A stretch of 63,620 nt of DNA, filler included, from Reticulomyxa filosa (Eukaryota; Protista; Foraminifera), in NCBI GenBank assembly GCA_000512085.1. It is 15 parts of 15 records of this genome, joined end to end, with 100 filler letters (N's around TTAATTAATTAA, not from the genome) between each part and the next. Parts side by side here need not be neighbours in the genome. Positions count along the whole stretch, not along the records: positions 1 to 4,564 come from ASPP01013330.1; positions 4,665 to 31,892 come from ASPP01007571.1; 13 more parts are not named here. One strand, written 5' to 3'. The position numbers and the translations under genes are program-made. Under the pieces are notes generated by a model that made no database searches, was not told where the DNA came from, and was given only the letters and a program-made list of their open reading frames with translations. Shown here piece after piece: positions 1 through 12,336 of the stretch (position 1 is its first letter; every line of letters starts with the position of its first letter).

Positions 1-440
1 TTTGACTTTGATGAGCGTGAGGAAGAAAAGAGGAGGAGGGGGGGAAGAGAGAGGATGTGTGTATATGTAATATGCGACTTACCCATATGCAACGAAGCAA
101 ATCTAACCAACACATCCAATGCAATTGATACACAAACACCAAATGACGACATCGCTCTTTAAATGATACAGATCGTGCGTCGCCATAGCTTTCCAACAAT
201 TTTCTCAGTTCTTTGCGCATGATTGACACTATATAAAATCCGTTAATGTTCCTTTTTTTTTTCTTATTCAAACATCGCCTCCTTTCAGTTCCTCCTTTTT
301 TTTAGCGACCTTACCATAAAAAGTCATGTAAAATGATAAGCATAAACCTATTACACCCAACAGGGCTGTTGGAAATGCCAATTCAACTACTTTTGCATCT
401 ACCATTTGCTTGTTTGCTGGCTTTTTCCCAAATATTTGAA
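1..440 (-). CDS. Partial multi-exon membrane protein of unknown function
   Basis: Hydrophobic exon (VELAFPTALLGVIGLCLSFYMTFY) in ORF 268-498; a further hydrophobic exon ends at a GTAAG donor near 80. Confidence 0.35.
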
Positions 441-936
441 GGAAAAATAGAATTCTGAATTTATTTCTGCCCTTTTTCCTTTTTAAGTTTCCAAACATGC
501 TGTCGCTCTGTTAGGCGTTTAAGCAATATTGCAATTTAAAAAATTATTTTAAAAAACATGCTATATTGTTGTTGACTGTTGGTCCTTGTTTCATTTGGTA
601 TTTTCCACCGCATTCCGTCTAATACAAGATGAAAATTTTTTAAAAACATAATATAACATTAGTAAGTAGTTGAACTTGCTTTTTGTTATGTGACAGCCAA
701 ATTGAATAATAAATTCTTCTATTATTGATATAAACTTTGCGATAGTTGTTCGGTTCCTATATGATAACATAGTATAGTAGCTTCTTTTAAGATTTAACCA
801 AGGTAACCAAAAATATTCAATAAAAAAAATAAAAGCAACTGTCAGTCTGTAGTACGTGTAGTATTAATCATTATCAGAAGTCCAAGTGAACCTCAGAACT
901 CCCTTTATTCTGGTTCACGCTCACTTCAATCCTCAG

Positions 937-1065
937 TCTTTTGTTCTTCTTACTTTTGGTTGTTTGTTTTAGATCATTATTTTCTCGTTATTTAACAAAT
1001 TTCGTTTTGTTGAAAGTTTGATCATGAGAGCTAATCAACCTTTCGTATTACATTTTGCGCAGTTC
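937..1065 (+). repeat. Dispersed repeat shared with 46579-46701
   Basis: Shared blocks TCATTATTTT..., TTAACAAATTT.GTTTTGTTGAAAGT and TTTCGTATTACATTTTGC..AGTTC at both loci. Confidence 0.8.
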
Positions 1066-1246
1066 TTTTCAAAATTGATTATACTTGATCGTCCAATTAC
1101 CCCATTAAGTCAACGAAAAAAATTGTGGATTTAAAAAATTTAACAGACATTTGATTGTTAATACTGCAACGAAAACAATACATATTTTTAATTTTTGAAA
1201 GCATTGGCCATTGTTCTTAAAGAAAATCAAACTGAAAAAGAAAAAA

Positions 1247-4200
1247 TTAGTTTTTATTTTGGTTCTTTGACATTTTATTCAAGCTATCTCTCGGACTTGG
1301 AATACTAAGATGGACTGCATTTGTTTTAAAGGGTTTCAATGTGGTTGAACGAAATTGCTCTTGCGTTTTCAAAGTTTTACTTCCTTGTGTTGCAATATTA
1401 TTTTTTTTATCTGGCGCAGTAACGATTTGTTTATTTGGGCTGACACGTGGTGTTTGATTTTTTACTGTATCAATAAGGTTTACAATATTTTCAAATGCAT
1501 CCGTATAGTTACACATATCCCATTCTGTATTATTGTTAGTGTTCAAGTTCGCAGGCCCCGCATTTTGCTTTTTTAATAAAGTAGAACATTTCACTTGAGA
1601 TTTGTATTCATTTTTATTTTTGTTTTTATTGAGAGAAAGAAAAAGAATTTTAAAATTTGTTTTCCTTGAATCAAAATGAAATCTATTACTGTTGTATTTC
1701 GAAATGTTTTGACCAGTTGAGTGGCCCAGTCTTTAACAATAACCAATAAATTTTGAGAGCGTGTAAATTCTGCTTGTGAGCCATTGAGTTGTCGTTCCCA
1801 ATGGCGTAATTCTTCTTCTTTCGTATATGCATCAATCATGTCGTATTTTTGGAAAAGGAAAAGTCAGTATTCTGAGACTTCAGTGCCATTTTGCATTGTT
1901 TCTTTATTTATTTGAGCAAATTTTGAGTATGGATTGTACACAAGAAACAAAATTTCAAAATTCGTGCGTTTTTGTTACTAAGGGGAAAGAAGAAAAAAAC
2001 CTGAAGTTCGCTCAATTGATCTCGTTTTTTCACTGCTTCTGTCAATTGCAGTGATAATTCTTTAAACATTTCTTGCATCAAAAAAAAACGATCAATGATC
2101 TGTTAATGAGTCGGGAAAGTGTTTGTAAGTTAATTGTTTTTTTTCGAAACAACAAGGCAGTTAATTGATAATGCAACAAACAAATAAAAAGAAAAGTAAC
2201 CTCTGTTGTAGAATCAGCTCCACAAGCATTAGAAAGTTGCCGGAAGTGCTCCGTGTGATGTAAATACTGTTCTGTTAGTATTTGTAATGTGTTCTTTAGT
2301 TCTTTTGTTTGTGATTCTTTTGTTTCCAATGCTTCTTCTAATGCCTCAATTTTTTTCTTTGCTGCCAAAGTTTGTTCACGTATTTTCTGCTTTTGTTCCT
2401 GTTTTATCAAACATAACACAACATTGTTTAATCCAATTCAAAAAATGGAACAAATGAATAATGCACTTAACTAAAGTGCTCTGTTTTCGATTTGATGTTT
2501 CAATTTGTGTGATATGGGACAATTCTTTCAAGCACTTTTGAGCAAAGATATTAAATTGAGAGACATCTTGTTCAAACGCTTTTAAACCAAACTCACTTAT
2601 TTCTTTTTGTTGAGTATACTCTGTTTTCAATTTTTTAATTTTTCGACTTATGTTTGTTGCTTCTTTATATTCTTGTCTGAGTGCTTCCAAATTGAAAAAT
2701 CGTTCCATTTCCTCTTCCTTTGTGTCCATATTTATATTATATTTCCCTTTTATTTTATACTCCTTGAGTCAAAACGAAATGAAAAATACAAAATGATCGT
2801 GCCTTAAGAAAGCTAAGATTAAGTTCATAGTTTTTTTTATTTTCTTCGGCTTCTGCCAATTTGATTAAAACAGTATCTAATTCGTGTTTCAATCCGGCAA
2901 TCTTCTGGTTAAATTTTCGATTAACATTAGTCATGTCGTCTTCACTTTCTCTCAGAAAAGTATATGTTTCGTGCAAGCTGTCAACGTACTCGTTTTTGCT
3001 TCTGGTAGTGTTTTTCAAGTGATCCAATAGCTTTCGCTTTTCGCACAAGAGTTGGAACTCGTTCTCCAATTCTGCGGGTGCAATTTCTTTCCCTTTCATT
3101 TGAAACACTTGGGCCATGCGAGAGACTATAGAATTGGACTCTCCCAAATATACTGTGTGTGATGACATGATCGCGTTTTTTTTTGTTTGAAGTTTGCGAT
3201 AATGCGGCAGTAATTTGTTTTGTCGCCACGGTAGTTGCAGCGGCATTTTTCACTTTGTGGAGCTCTTCTGCAGGATGTTGGTTTAAATGATCGATATTAG
3301 AATTATTTTTTACGTGCTGTTTTCTTGGTGAACTGTTGCGACTACTGTTTGTGTTGTTTTCATGGGGGCTATTTAGTTCAAAGGTTGGATCATTTTTGTT
3401 ACCAATCGTATTACAGTTACTGTTGTTACTGTTAGTGTTATTGTTTATATTCTGTAAATCAGTCTTATTTTTCCCAAACTTTCGAGTCAAATTCATACCC
3501 CTTTGATTGTGTACAAGAGGCACACGATTTTCATTGTCATGAAAATTGCTATAGTTATGTGTCCTTTGTGACATTCTGCGACTGTTACGCTTGCCACTAT
3601 TTTTCAGTGAGGAGTGCAAATTGTTGCTATTGTTATTGCTGGTGACGGCAGATAACTGCAATTGTAGTTTGTTTTTGCTGAGAATTTTGGCTGCTTGTTT
3701 GTCGATAGTTTCTTTTTCGTGAGCTTTTTCTAATGTCTTTTGTTTCTTTTTGTTGTCGTTGTTTTGCTTTACTTCATGGCTTATTTGGTAGTAATGCTTT
3801 TTACTCAGTCCTTTGCTCGATCTTTGCGAAGCTTTCACTTTCAATTGATATTCTTGATTTTCCGCATGAATATGCTCTTCCACATCCGGAGCTAATTTGC
3901 TCCAACGTACCGCTACATTTGGAGAATGATAAAAAATTTTGAACAAACAAAAAGAAAGGTCCTCTTTTGTTTTATTTATTTATTGTTCGTTTGTTTTTTC
4001 TTTAAACAAAAGCTAAAGTTACATGATAGTACACAATTGTGATGCTCGCCACAAGCCATTTGTCCGACAACACTCCCATGCAAGGAGTCAATCAATTTCG
4101 GGACAAATATGATCTCCTCAGCGTCTTGACCACATTGTCCATTATCATTCAATCCCCACGCGTAAACTAGCCCATGTTTGGACAAGGCCACATTGTGATA

Positions 4201-4490
4201 TCTCCCAGCCTGCACTTGATGAATGCACTTGTGTTCAAGCACTAACCGAGGCACGGTACTGCTGACACCAACACCAATGCCTAGTTGTCCCGAAGTGCCA
4301 TCTCCCCATGTGTATACGTCGCCTTCCACAGTCAGCGCTACGATATGAGAATGCCCGCATCCCACTTGCGTGATTTGGAAAGGGATGTCAATCTTCTGAG
4401 GACTGTAATAGAAATTCCTTGGTTTATTCATGTACAAATATTCGCCAAACCCGCAAACATAAAAATTGTAGCTTTCATCGATCAATACTT
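1247..4490 (-). CDS. RCC1-repeat protein with N-rich linker and long C-terminal coiled coil (multi-exon, 5' truncated by contig end)
   Basis: Clear RCC1 repeats (VGCGHSHIVALTVEGDVYTWGDGTSGQLG; VQAGRYHNVAL...YAWGLNDNGQCG; MACGEHHNCVL). Downstream exons are heptad-rich. The apparent frameshift at a T-run near 3176-3184 is likely a sequencing error. Confidence 0.8.
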
Positions 4491-4564
4491 TTTGATCAAT
4501 GAAAAATGTGACCCCCCCCCCCCCCCGTCCAGTTGCAAATTATTTTGTGTATACGTAATTTTTT

Positions 4565-4664
4565 NNNNNNNNNNNNNNNNNNNNNNNNNNNNNNNNNNNN
4601 NNNNNNNNTTAATTAATTAANNNNNNNNNNNNNNNNNNNNNNNNNNNNNNNNNNNNNNNNNNNN
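4565..4664. other. Artificial contig-joining spacer (N44-TTAATTAATTAA-N44). The same spacer recurs at 31893, 34463, 36990, 41050, 47667, 49378, 53134, 54518, 55984, 57182, 58401, 60576 and 62268
   Basis: Identical 100-bp N/six-frame-stop linker seen 14 times. Confidence 0.98.
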
Positions 4665-6984
4665 ATTTGCATTCGCATTCGCATTTGCATTCGTATTCAT
4701 ATTTGCAAATGATACTATCATCGTCAAGGATTGGTCGATCGATTGCCTTGCTTGCTGCGTTGTCGATGATGCCATCGCGGTAGACTTGTTGGCTCGAATC
4801 ATCTTCTGCAGTGCGTTCACTCGGTTGGCGTCGGAGTGATCCACACTGTCCGCACGTCCAAAGCCACGGTAACGACGAAACAAAAACGACGAGCGTGCGC
4901 TTGCGAACCGTGTTCGGTCCCCTTTTTTGGCCCAGTCTTTTTCATTCGCGTTGTGGTCGCCGTTCCGCTGGCCGTAGTGATGTGATCTGTATGCCGGGTC
5001 TCCAATGTGCTGGGACAAGATCAACGGCACCTGGGTTGACGATGTGTCAAAGTCTGCATTGGCGCTGGTGTGGTTGTGATTGCCATCTGTGAGATCATTG
5101 CTCGGGTTTATATTCGCATTATCGCGACTATTTTGACATTGCGTTTGCAGGTATTGGATAATGTGTTCATACATATCATTCCATATGGGGTCGTGGAACA
5201 TCGTCACCAAGTAGTTGCGACTGGCTTGTTTGATTACTAATTTCATGACCTCTCGACATTGATAGGTGATCCGGACATGTGTGATATGATTCTCCATACA
5301 TTTCAATAGACTCTATTTTAACACGACACAAACAATACAATACAATGTAATATAATATAACTGCAAAAAAAAGGGGGGGGGAGAAATAAAGTCAATCACA
5401 AAAAAAGAAAAATCGAAAAACAAAAAACTTGATGAATGTTTTCTTTGGCCAATTGTTCTCCATATTTTCTGGCCGTGGTTCTTAATAAGGTGGCGACCAA
5501 CTCGAGAGCGTCTTCAATATGGTTGGTAAGATCGTCCTCGTATGTAACCGGGGACCAAGGTCCGTGTATTCCCTCCGACGGGATGTGGCGAAGCGCCTGT
5601 CCTGACGTCCCCATTTGCGCCACCACCATGGACATGGATATCACCGTCGACGATGATGACACTATCTTCCACTGTTTCTGTTGCTGCTGCTGCTGCTGCT
5701 GCGACAGCGTCCGAGGCGTTGTCGTCTTCGACACGAGCGAGAAGAGGGGATTCGGGAGATTGCGGACTTGCGAGAGAAGAAAGAAAAGAAAAAGAAGGAA
5801 CTGATGCGATTTCTAATGTGCGCTTTATTAACTCCACTACCGGTTTATTGTTCGTGTCGGCGATGGCTTTTTCCAACTCACGACTATCTGCCATTGTGGA
5901 GATCACTCCCATTACAACGCTTATTACCTTGGTTGCAGACACGTAGACTTCTGCTTGTGCTCTTGTCAATGGCTCGTCTCTCATCTTTCCATTCTCTTTG
6001 TTATTGTCATTGCCATTGCCATTATTGCCACTGATATTGTCAATCAGATCCATTTCTTTGTCTTCTTTGATTGTCCTGCGTGATGACCACGCTGGTTCTA
6101 TCTCTCTGCTGCTTTCCTCGCATACGTTCAATGCTTCCAGCCACGTATTCAATAGCAGTTCCATCAGTCCCCGTTGGAAATATAAGATCCACATCACTCG
6201 TCGATTCGACTCTTCACAACATACCAAATGGTCCATAAAGTCTTGCAGTAAATCTTCTTTATCTTCAAAAGTGTCCATTTTCGACAATTTAAATATTTGT
6301 TCCCACAGTGGAGCACTTTCTGATTGCTTTGTTTTTTTTTTTATTTAAAAAAAAAAAAAAGGGAGGGAGGGGAAAGTAAAAAAAGGACGGAGACCACAAC
6401 ACTAAGAAAAAGTATGGACAAAAAAATATATATATAAATATAAATGTATATATTTTATGCGTAAAATGATATTAAACTGTGGTTCCTGTTTTTTTATGTT
6501 TGTCAGTACTCGGTGTTTCCTTGTCACCGCTTTGTTCGTTTTGCTGTTTTAAAAGCTTCAGCTTCCATGCAATGTAGGTACTTGATGCACTTATACCATC
6601 AATAAAAGAGGTAGTATCTGGTAATTTTTCTTGTTCGTCTTCTGATTCGATATATTCCTCTGACTCACCGATCGCGTTTACTTCTTCTTTATTCAACAGA
6701 TTATTGTTTACTATATTTTTGTTTTCTTCCGTTATTGTCTCGATTGTGTCCGTATCAATTGTCTTTGTCACTTCACCATTTTTCACTTCTTTATTTTGTT
6801 CTATTTTTTTTTTTCTCCCAAAGTTATGCTTATTGCTTTCGTTTTTTGCTTTGTTATAGTTTTCGCTTTTCAAACCTGTTACACTCCCTTCTTTGTCAGG
6901 TACTGTGGTGTAGCCTTTTCGATGGCCACGAATGGTATTTACATCCAACACTGAAGGCGCTGGTCGACCACAAACTTGACCCAT
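4665..6984 (-). CDS. Putative N-myristoylated/palmitoylated protein with helical (ARM-like) segments; multi-exon, 3' truncated
   Basis: ATG at 6984 gives MGQVCGRP (MGxxC acylation-type motif). Collinear ORFs 6472-6984, 5514-6287, 5396-5734 and 4665-5306 are separated by AT-rich introns. Confidence 0.6.
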
Positions 6985-7955
6985 ACTTTTTCAATTCGTC
7001 GCTGTAAAAAATATTAAAAAGCAGGGTTGTTGTTTCCAGATTTTTTTAATTCTCTTCTAAAGAGCTTTCCTTCCAAGTGGTTGTTTAAATTCATTGTTTA
7101 CGAAGGCGATGCCACTTTATTTCTCTTCTCTTTAAAAAGAATATTTCACATTATAGTGTGATCTTTAAACTTCTCGGTTTGAAGCTTTTCAATAACTACA
7201 ATGAAAAAGGAATAAAAACAAAATTTATAAATGCTTTTTTCATTGAGGAATCGATCATCTCTACAAGTGGCGTTTTAGGTGTCAACTTTTTAAAAATTTT
7301 TTATACATGTTAAAAATCAATGAAATACTCAATTTTGGAAAAATTTGACATAGTGTTTTCCTCAAATTGATGAAATTTGCCAATTTTTAAGCTTTCCAAA
7401 AAATATCATATAATTAAATTTTTTTACGTTTTTCCTATCTTTGCTTTTTGTTTTTGCTTTTTTCCGTTTTTTGAAAGGTACATTGACGTATAATTTATTT
7501 TTTTGCCTTTTTGTATTTATGTATATTTATTGCTGATTACTTATTTGTTTTACTGTTGTTTGTGCTTTTAATTGTATCAGTCATTAGGGTTTTTTGGATA
7601 TATCATTAGTTTGGTTTGTTTGTATTACTCTTCTCAAAAAACAACCTCACAATTGCAGCAAATTTTCAAAAGAAAAACGAGATAAAACTAAAAAAAATTA
7701 GTCAAGATAATAACCTTAAAAAAGTTAATTTATGAAAAAATAATTAATTTAAATTTTGAAAGATAGAACAAAACGGAAATCATACAAAAAACTACACGAC
7801 TTGTTTTTACCATTAAAAAGTATTTAATTAAAATTTTTTTAAATATATTTGCAGTTGTCCCCGTAAGTAACGTTTTTAGTTGGACAAGTTAGAGCTTTTG
7901 AAAGTGTTCTAAGGTTTCCTTGAAACTGTCACTTAGTAGTAATGCTTACGTACAA

Positions 7956-8005
7956 TAATTACTGAGGAGCCCGCGAAAACGGGTGAAATATTTTTATTTT
8001 ACTTA
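7956..8005 (+). ncRNA. Candidate type-I hammerhead ribozyme (slightly degenerate)
   Basis: Core CTGAGGA 7962-7968; stem II GCCCG/CGGGT with CGAAAA loop; GAAA 7985-7988; stem I TAATTA (7956-7961) vs TACTTA (8000-8005), 5 of 6 pairs; very short stem III. Confidence 0.5.
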
Positions 8006-8933
8006 GACGTTGTTGCGTGTCTTTGAGGTTTGTGGAAACGGGCACCTAAGACATAACACAGGAGCGAAATTTTATAAGCAATTCAAGTCCTCGTATTCAA
8101 TTTAGCTTTGTTTCTTTTTATAAAGAAAAATCCATTTGTTGGAAATAGATTGCGAAATATCAAGAAAAGTTGATGCAGCAGAAAAATCGTTTGGAAAACA
8201 AAAATGGACGAATAAATTGCTATTTGTTTCTTTTTTTTAGTTTAATATCCCAATTTTTTGCAAGTTATAAGTTTTAAGCGATTGAAATATCGCTTATTTG
8301 AATGTTTGAGAGTTTCTTATTGATGAGTTAGTTCGTCCCATTAAAAGGCTGGTTGGGAAGAAATGAACTACATTTTTTGCAAAAAAAAAAAGATGAAGCA
8401 AAGTAAGACATTGTACTGATCAAAAATACATATTTTCGAAAATTCTTCAAACTTAGTTCGCGTTATGCCTTTTTATTTTTCTTTCAGTTAATTGAAAGAT
8501 CATTTTGTTGAGATCTCTTGATGGGCGAGAAAATAGGATTGTCAAGCTCTAGTTGTTGAGCGGCAAATAAATCACTATTGCGTTCAAGAAATGTAAAAGA
8601 AACAGAAGTGTAGTTCAAATGTTCCTTACTACACAAGAAATTATTCAAAATTGAACCATGGCATTTCCTTTTGGGGAAAAACAAAAGCAAACAAACAAAA
8701 TAACAAAAAAAACATAGTGTCCCCAAACCCAAAAAGAGCATGCTAGTTTTTAGTTCCCTCCTTCGAATTAAGTAGGATTCGAAAAACATTTGTTAGTACA
8801 ATGTAACAATGGCAAAACAAAACAAAAAACTCAGTGTAATGAATGCCACCACCCGTTTCTTATTCTTCGTTATTTTTGTTTTTTGTTTTTTATCTGAATT
8901 TTTGTTTTTACATTGCATTATGCTCATTTTGAT

Positions 8934-11424
8934 TCACATTTGTTTCATTCCAACATCATTGAAATTTTCGTCTGCAATTCTCTCTTGCTTAACCGTTGGT
9001 TCAAGTCCAGGCGGACATACAGGCATATTTCCAGGTGGAGGCCCCATTGGGTACCCAGGGAGATAAGGGTGCGGAACGAATCCAAACGGAGGTAGTGGAG
9101 GAGGTGGCGGTGGCATACCTATTCCATGAGGATCAACACCGTGCACAGGCGGGGAGGCTCCACTGTAAGTAGTCATAGGTGTGGAGAATGTGGTTGGGGG
9201 CGGCATAAGTGTGGCCCATGGGGGCAAATGCGTTAATGGTAATGTGTCGCGTGCATATTTTTCATGGAAAATGCCAATTGCACTGACATACAATTGCATC
9301 GACGAACGACCAGTGCTGTTCATTCGTAAGGTGTTGTCAAGCCAAAACAATTCACCTAAATTTTTAAATGGATCTTTGTCGTCATTGCTTTTGTTTTGAT
9401 CTTTTGAATTGCTATCGGAAGCTGTGGCTTCAGGTGTAGTTTTTGGTTCTGCTTGCATTTTGCTCTCACTCATCTAGTTCGTCAGTCAATTTCCATTATT
9501 TATTTATTTTCACAAACACAATTTGCAATTATTATTTTTGTCATCACGTTACAGATAATTAAAACAGTATACACATACTTGAAGTTTAAAGACATTTGCG
9601 GCTTCGTTGATAGCTTTCAACAAGGTTTTGGCAAAGTCTAAGGATTGAAAAGTTGCCTCATACAGTATCGAATTCGGGCCACCCAAAAACTCTGTTATTG
9701 TCAGCAATCCACGATATTTATTCTCATTCAAGGCAATGTCATCGATCGTGAATTGACTCATTAATTGTTGCATTTGCTCTCTTTCCTTTTCTTTGTTTTG
9801 ATCTGTTTCCAATTCTTTGTTGTTTTCATTTTCGTGTTCTTTTTCTTTCTCGTTGTCTTTTTCCTTTTCCTGATCCTCTGTCGAAGATTTTAATCGTTCC
9901 AAAGTATTGATATACAGCCGTTCGTAGCAGTCTTTGGCCATCAAATGGACGACGCAAAGGTGTGCGTATAATGCACGATCAAAGGGAGGTGTGCTATACA
10001 ATACAAAAAGAAATTTTTCAAATGTGGTTGTAATTACCAAAAGTGCGTTTGTGTGTGTACATTGCAGTTTGTAATGTAGAAATTTTTGAATCAACTGAGG
10101 TGGAATATAAGCTGGGTAGCCCATAGCTGGAGGAGGCATTGGCGGATGGTACAACTATACGCATTTCAAGAATGAGGGAATAAAAAGAAATGTGAAAGAT
10201 TGCAAATCATTAAAAAAAAAAAAAAATTATTTTCACTTTTTTTTTTTTTCTCAACTCGCTTTTTCTTTTTCATTTTTTTGGAGCTCTTGTGAGAAGAAAT
10301 GGGTTGCACAGTCATCGGAAATATTAATTTTTTATCGTCGGGAATATCTTGATTGTTGCTATAATTCAGTGACTGTTCCAAATGATGATTGTTGCTATTG
10401 CTGTTATTGTTGATATTATTGCCGTCAGTGTAATGGCTATTGCTATTGAAATGACTGTGTTCATCATCATCGTTCGAATCACTTCGATCATCTCCAACAG
10501 GATCAAAATCTTCCAATAACCCCGTTGCACCCGATGCAATAACAACATTGGGTCCAATCTTTCCTTCTTTGCGTAATTGTTGTAACGCAGACTTGTGTTT
10601 TTCTCGATTCAAATGTTTCGTCAAACACCGTCGGGCTTGTTCCTGGGCCGGTTTCGTGCAAAACCCGCCCGATTTGCTTGCTTCAATGCAAATGCGGCAA
10701 AATATACCACCTTTTTCTTCGTCAAAGAAAAACAAGACATGTCACGCCCGCTGTTGCTCAAGTCCACCATCCATTTTTCAAACCGTTCTTTGAACTCAGG
10801 TATATTTATCTCCAATGGGTTATTGCTGTCACTTCCGCCACTTTTGTGTTTTTGACCTGGGCTCATCGACGAATGACTTGACCCTTCACCGCTGGCGACA
10901 TTCGAATTATTGGGAAATCCGTACGATGAAACTGAAGGAGGCATTGCCATACCTTTCCCGTCCCCATTCTCCATCTCTCAATTATTGTTTTTTTTTTTTC
11001 CCACATTCCCCCAAACACTAGACACCAACACTAAAAAAAAATGACATAATAAAAATGAAAAAAAGAAAAACAAACTGTAATGAGGATGGACAGGAATCAT
11101 CAACGTTGGTGGGGGTATTCCTTGGGAGTGAACATGCGAACTTGGTTCAAAATGTTCGTGCTTTACGCCCATCATCGGCGCCATTTGTGTGGGTGCATTC
11201 TTCATTGTTTGAATGTTGAATCGGAGAAATACAACCACACAAAAATAAACATTTTTTTTTTTAAAAAAACAGATATACGTATAAATCATTTTTGTTTTCA
11301 ATTGGAGGGAAAAAATAAAAACAAAAAGTAGAAACATCACTGAAGGTGGAAATGGGTAAGGGTGGAATCGGTGATCAACAGTTGTGTGGGGTGATGCATG
11401 ACTTGGGCCATAAGTATTCAACAT
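8934..11424 (-). CDS. Proline-rich multi-exon protein with a TTF-type-like zinc finger (putative transcription regulator)
   Basis: FFFDEEKGGIFCRICIEAS...CLTKHLNREKH (C-x2-C...H-x5-H). Pro/His-rich flanking exons. A 1-nt frameshift near 10735 joins ORFs 10621-10974 and 10166-10735. Confidence 0.6.
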
Positions 11425-12336
11425 CTTTTGGTGTGTGTGTGCGTGTGTCAAATACGCAATCACGCAGAAACAAACACACACTTATGTTTGCACAAAAGAA
11501 CCTCAAGATTCGCGAAAATCTGAAATCAATTTTTCTATTGCACTCAAGGGATGAATGCACGGGCTAACAAAGATCTAAAATTGCAAAAAACAAAACAATC
11601 AAATTGTTTGTTCTTAATGGATGAAAGCCTTGGAAGGGGGAACAGGTTTATAAACAGTAAGAAAAGCTCAATTTCAAAAAAAGAAAAACGAACCAACAAA
11701 AAAAAACAAAGTAATCTATCAATTGTGTTGTAAATATAAAAAAAACACGATTCCATTAAACATGGGCACGTATTCATTTGTAAGCAAATTTTAAACATGG
11801 TTAAAACTTTTTAAACTTACAATATTATCCAATAACTTCTAATTTCCTGAGAATTTAACTTGAAATAACATAAATTAAAACAATAAACTCCCTTTCAATA
11901 ATATTTCATCAAATTTTCCGCTGTAGATATTTCATAGCATCTAAAATACCTCAAAGACAACAACAAATTTTTAACATTCTTATCGGCGTTTATCTATTCC
12001 ATTATTGCATTGTGTGTGTACGATTCGAATTGTTGCATGCATTTCCTTCACGGTTTAAGACGGACTCGAGAAATAACCACTTAAAGGCTTGTCGGAGCGA
12101 AAAATTCCAAGTTCGCAAGCTAGCTCACAATATAAAATGCTATGCGGCAATGTTTCACGTTCTGACTCGATGCAGCTTGATTTGGAACCAAGAGAAAAGA
12201 ATGAAAGACAGACGGTATTTACAGCATCATTTATTTAATTTTATTTGTGTTGGTTTTTCTGTTATATCAGCAAGCAACTTTTTTTTTTGAACATGCGTTT
12301 CGTTTACTTGCGCTCGAATTGAAGCAGAACAAAAAA

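Noticed and set aside
865-945. U3 snoRNA (GAGCGTGA box-B-like, minus strand)
   Set aside because: No box A/A' 5' domain or proper box C; too short.
3170-3190. Programmed frameshifting here and at ~10735, ~18515 and ~50929
   Set aside because: The shifts fall in homopolymer runs and are best explained by sequencing error.
4565-4664. Repeated TTAATTAATTAA palindromes
   Set aside because: Artificial assembly linkers; ORFs that run into them are artefacts.
4811-6348. Overlapping + strand ORFs
   Set aside because: Antisense shadows of the minus-strand gene; the same applies to most short ORFs in the track.
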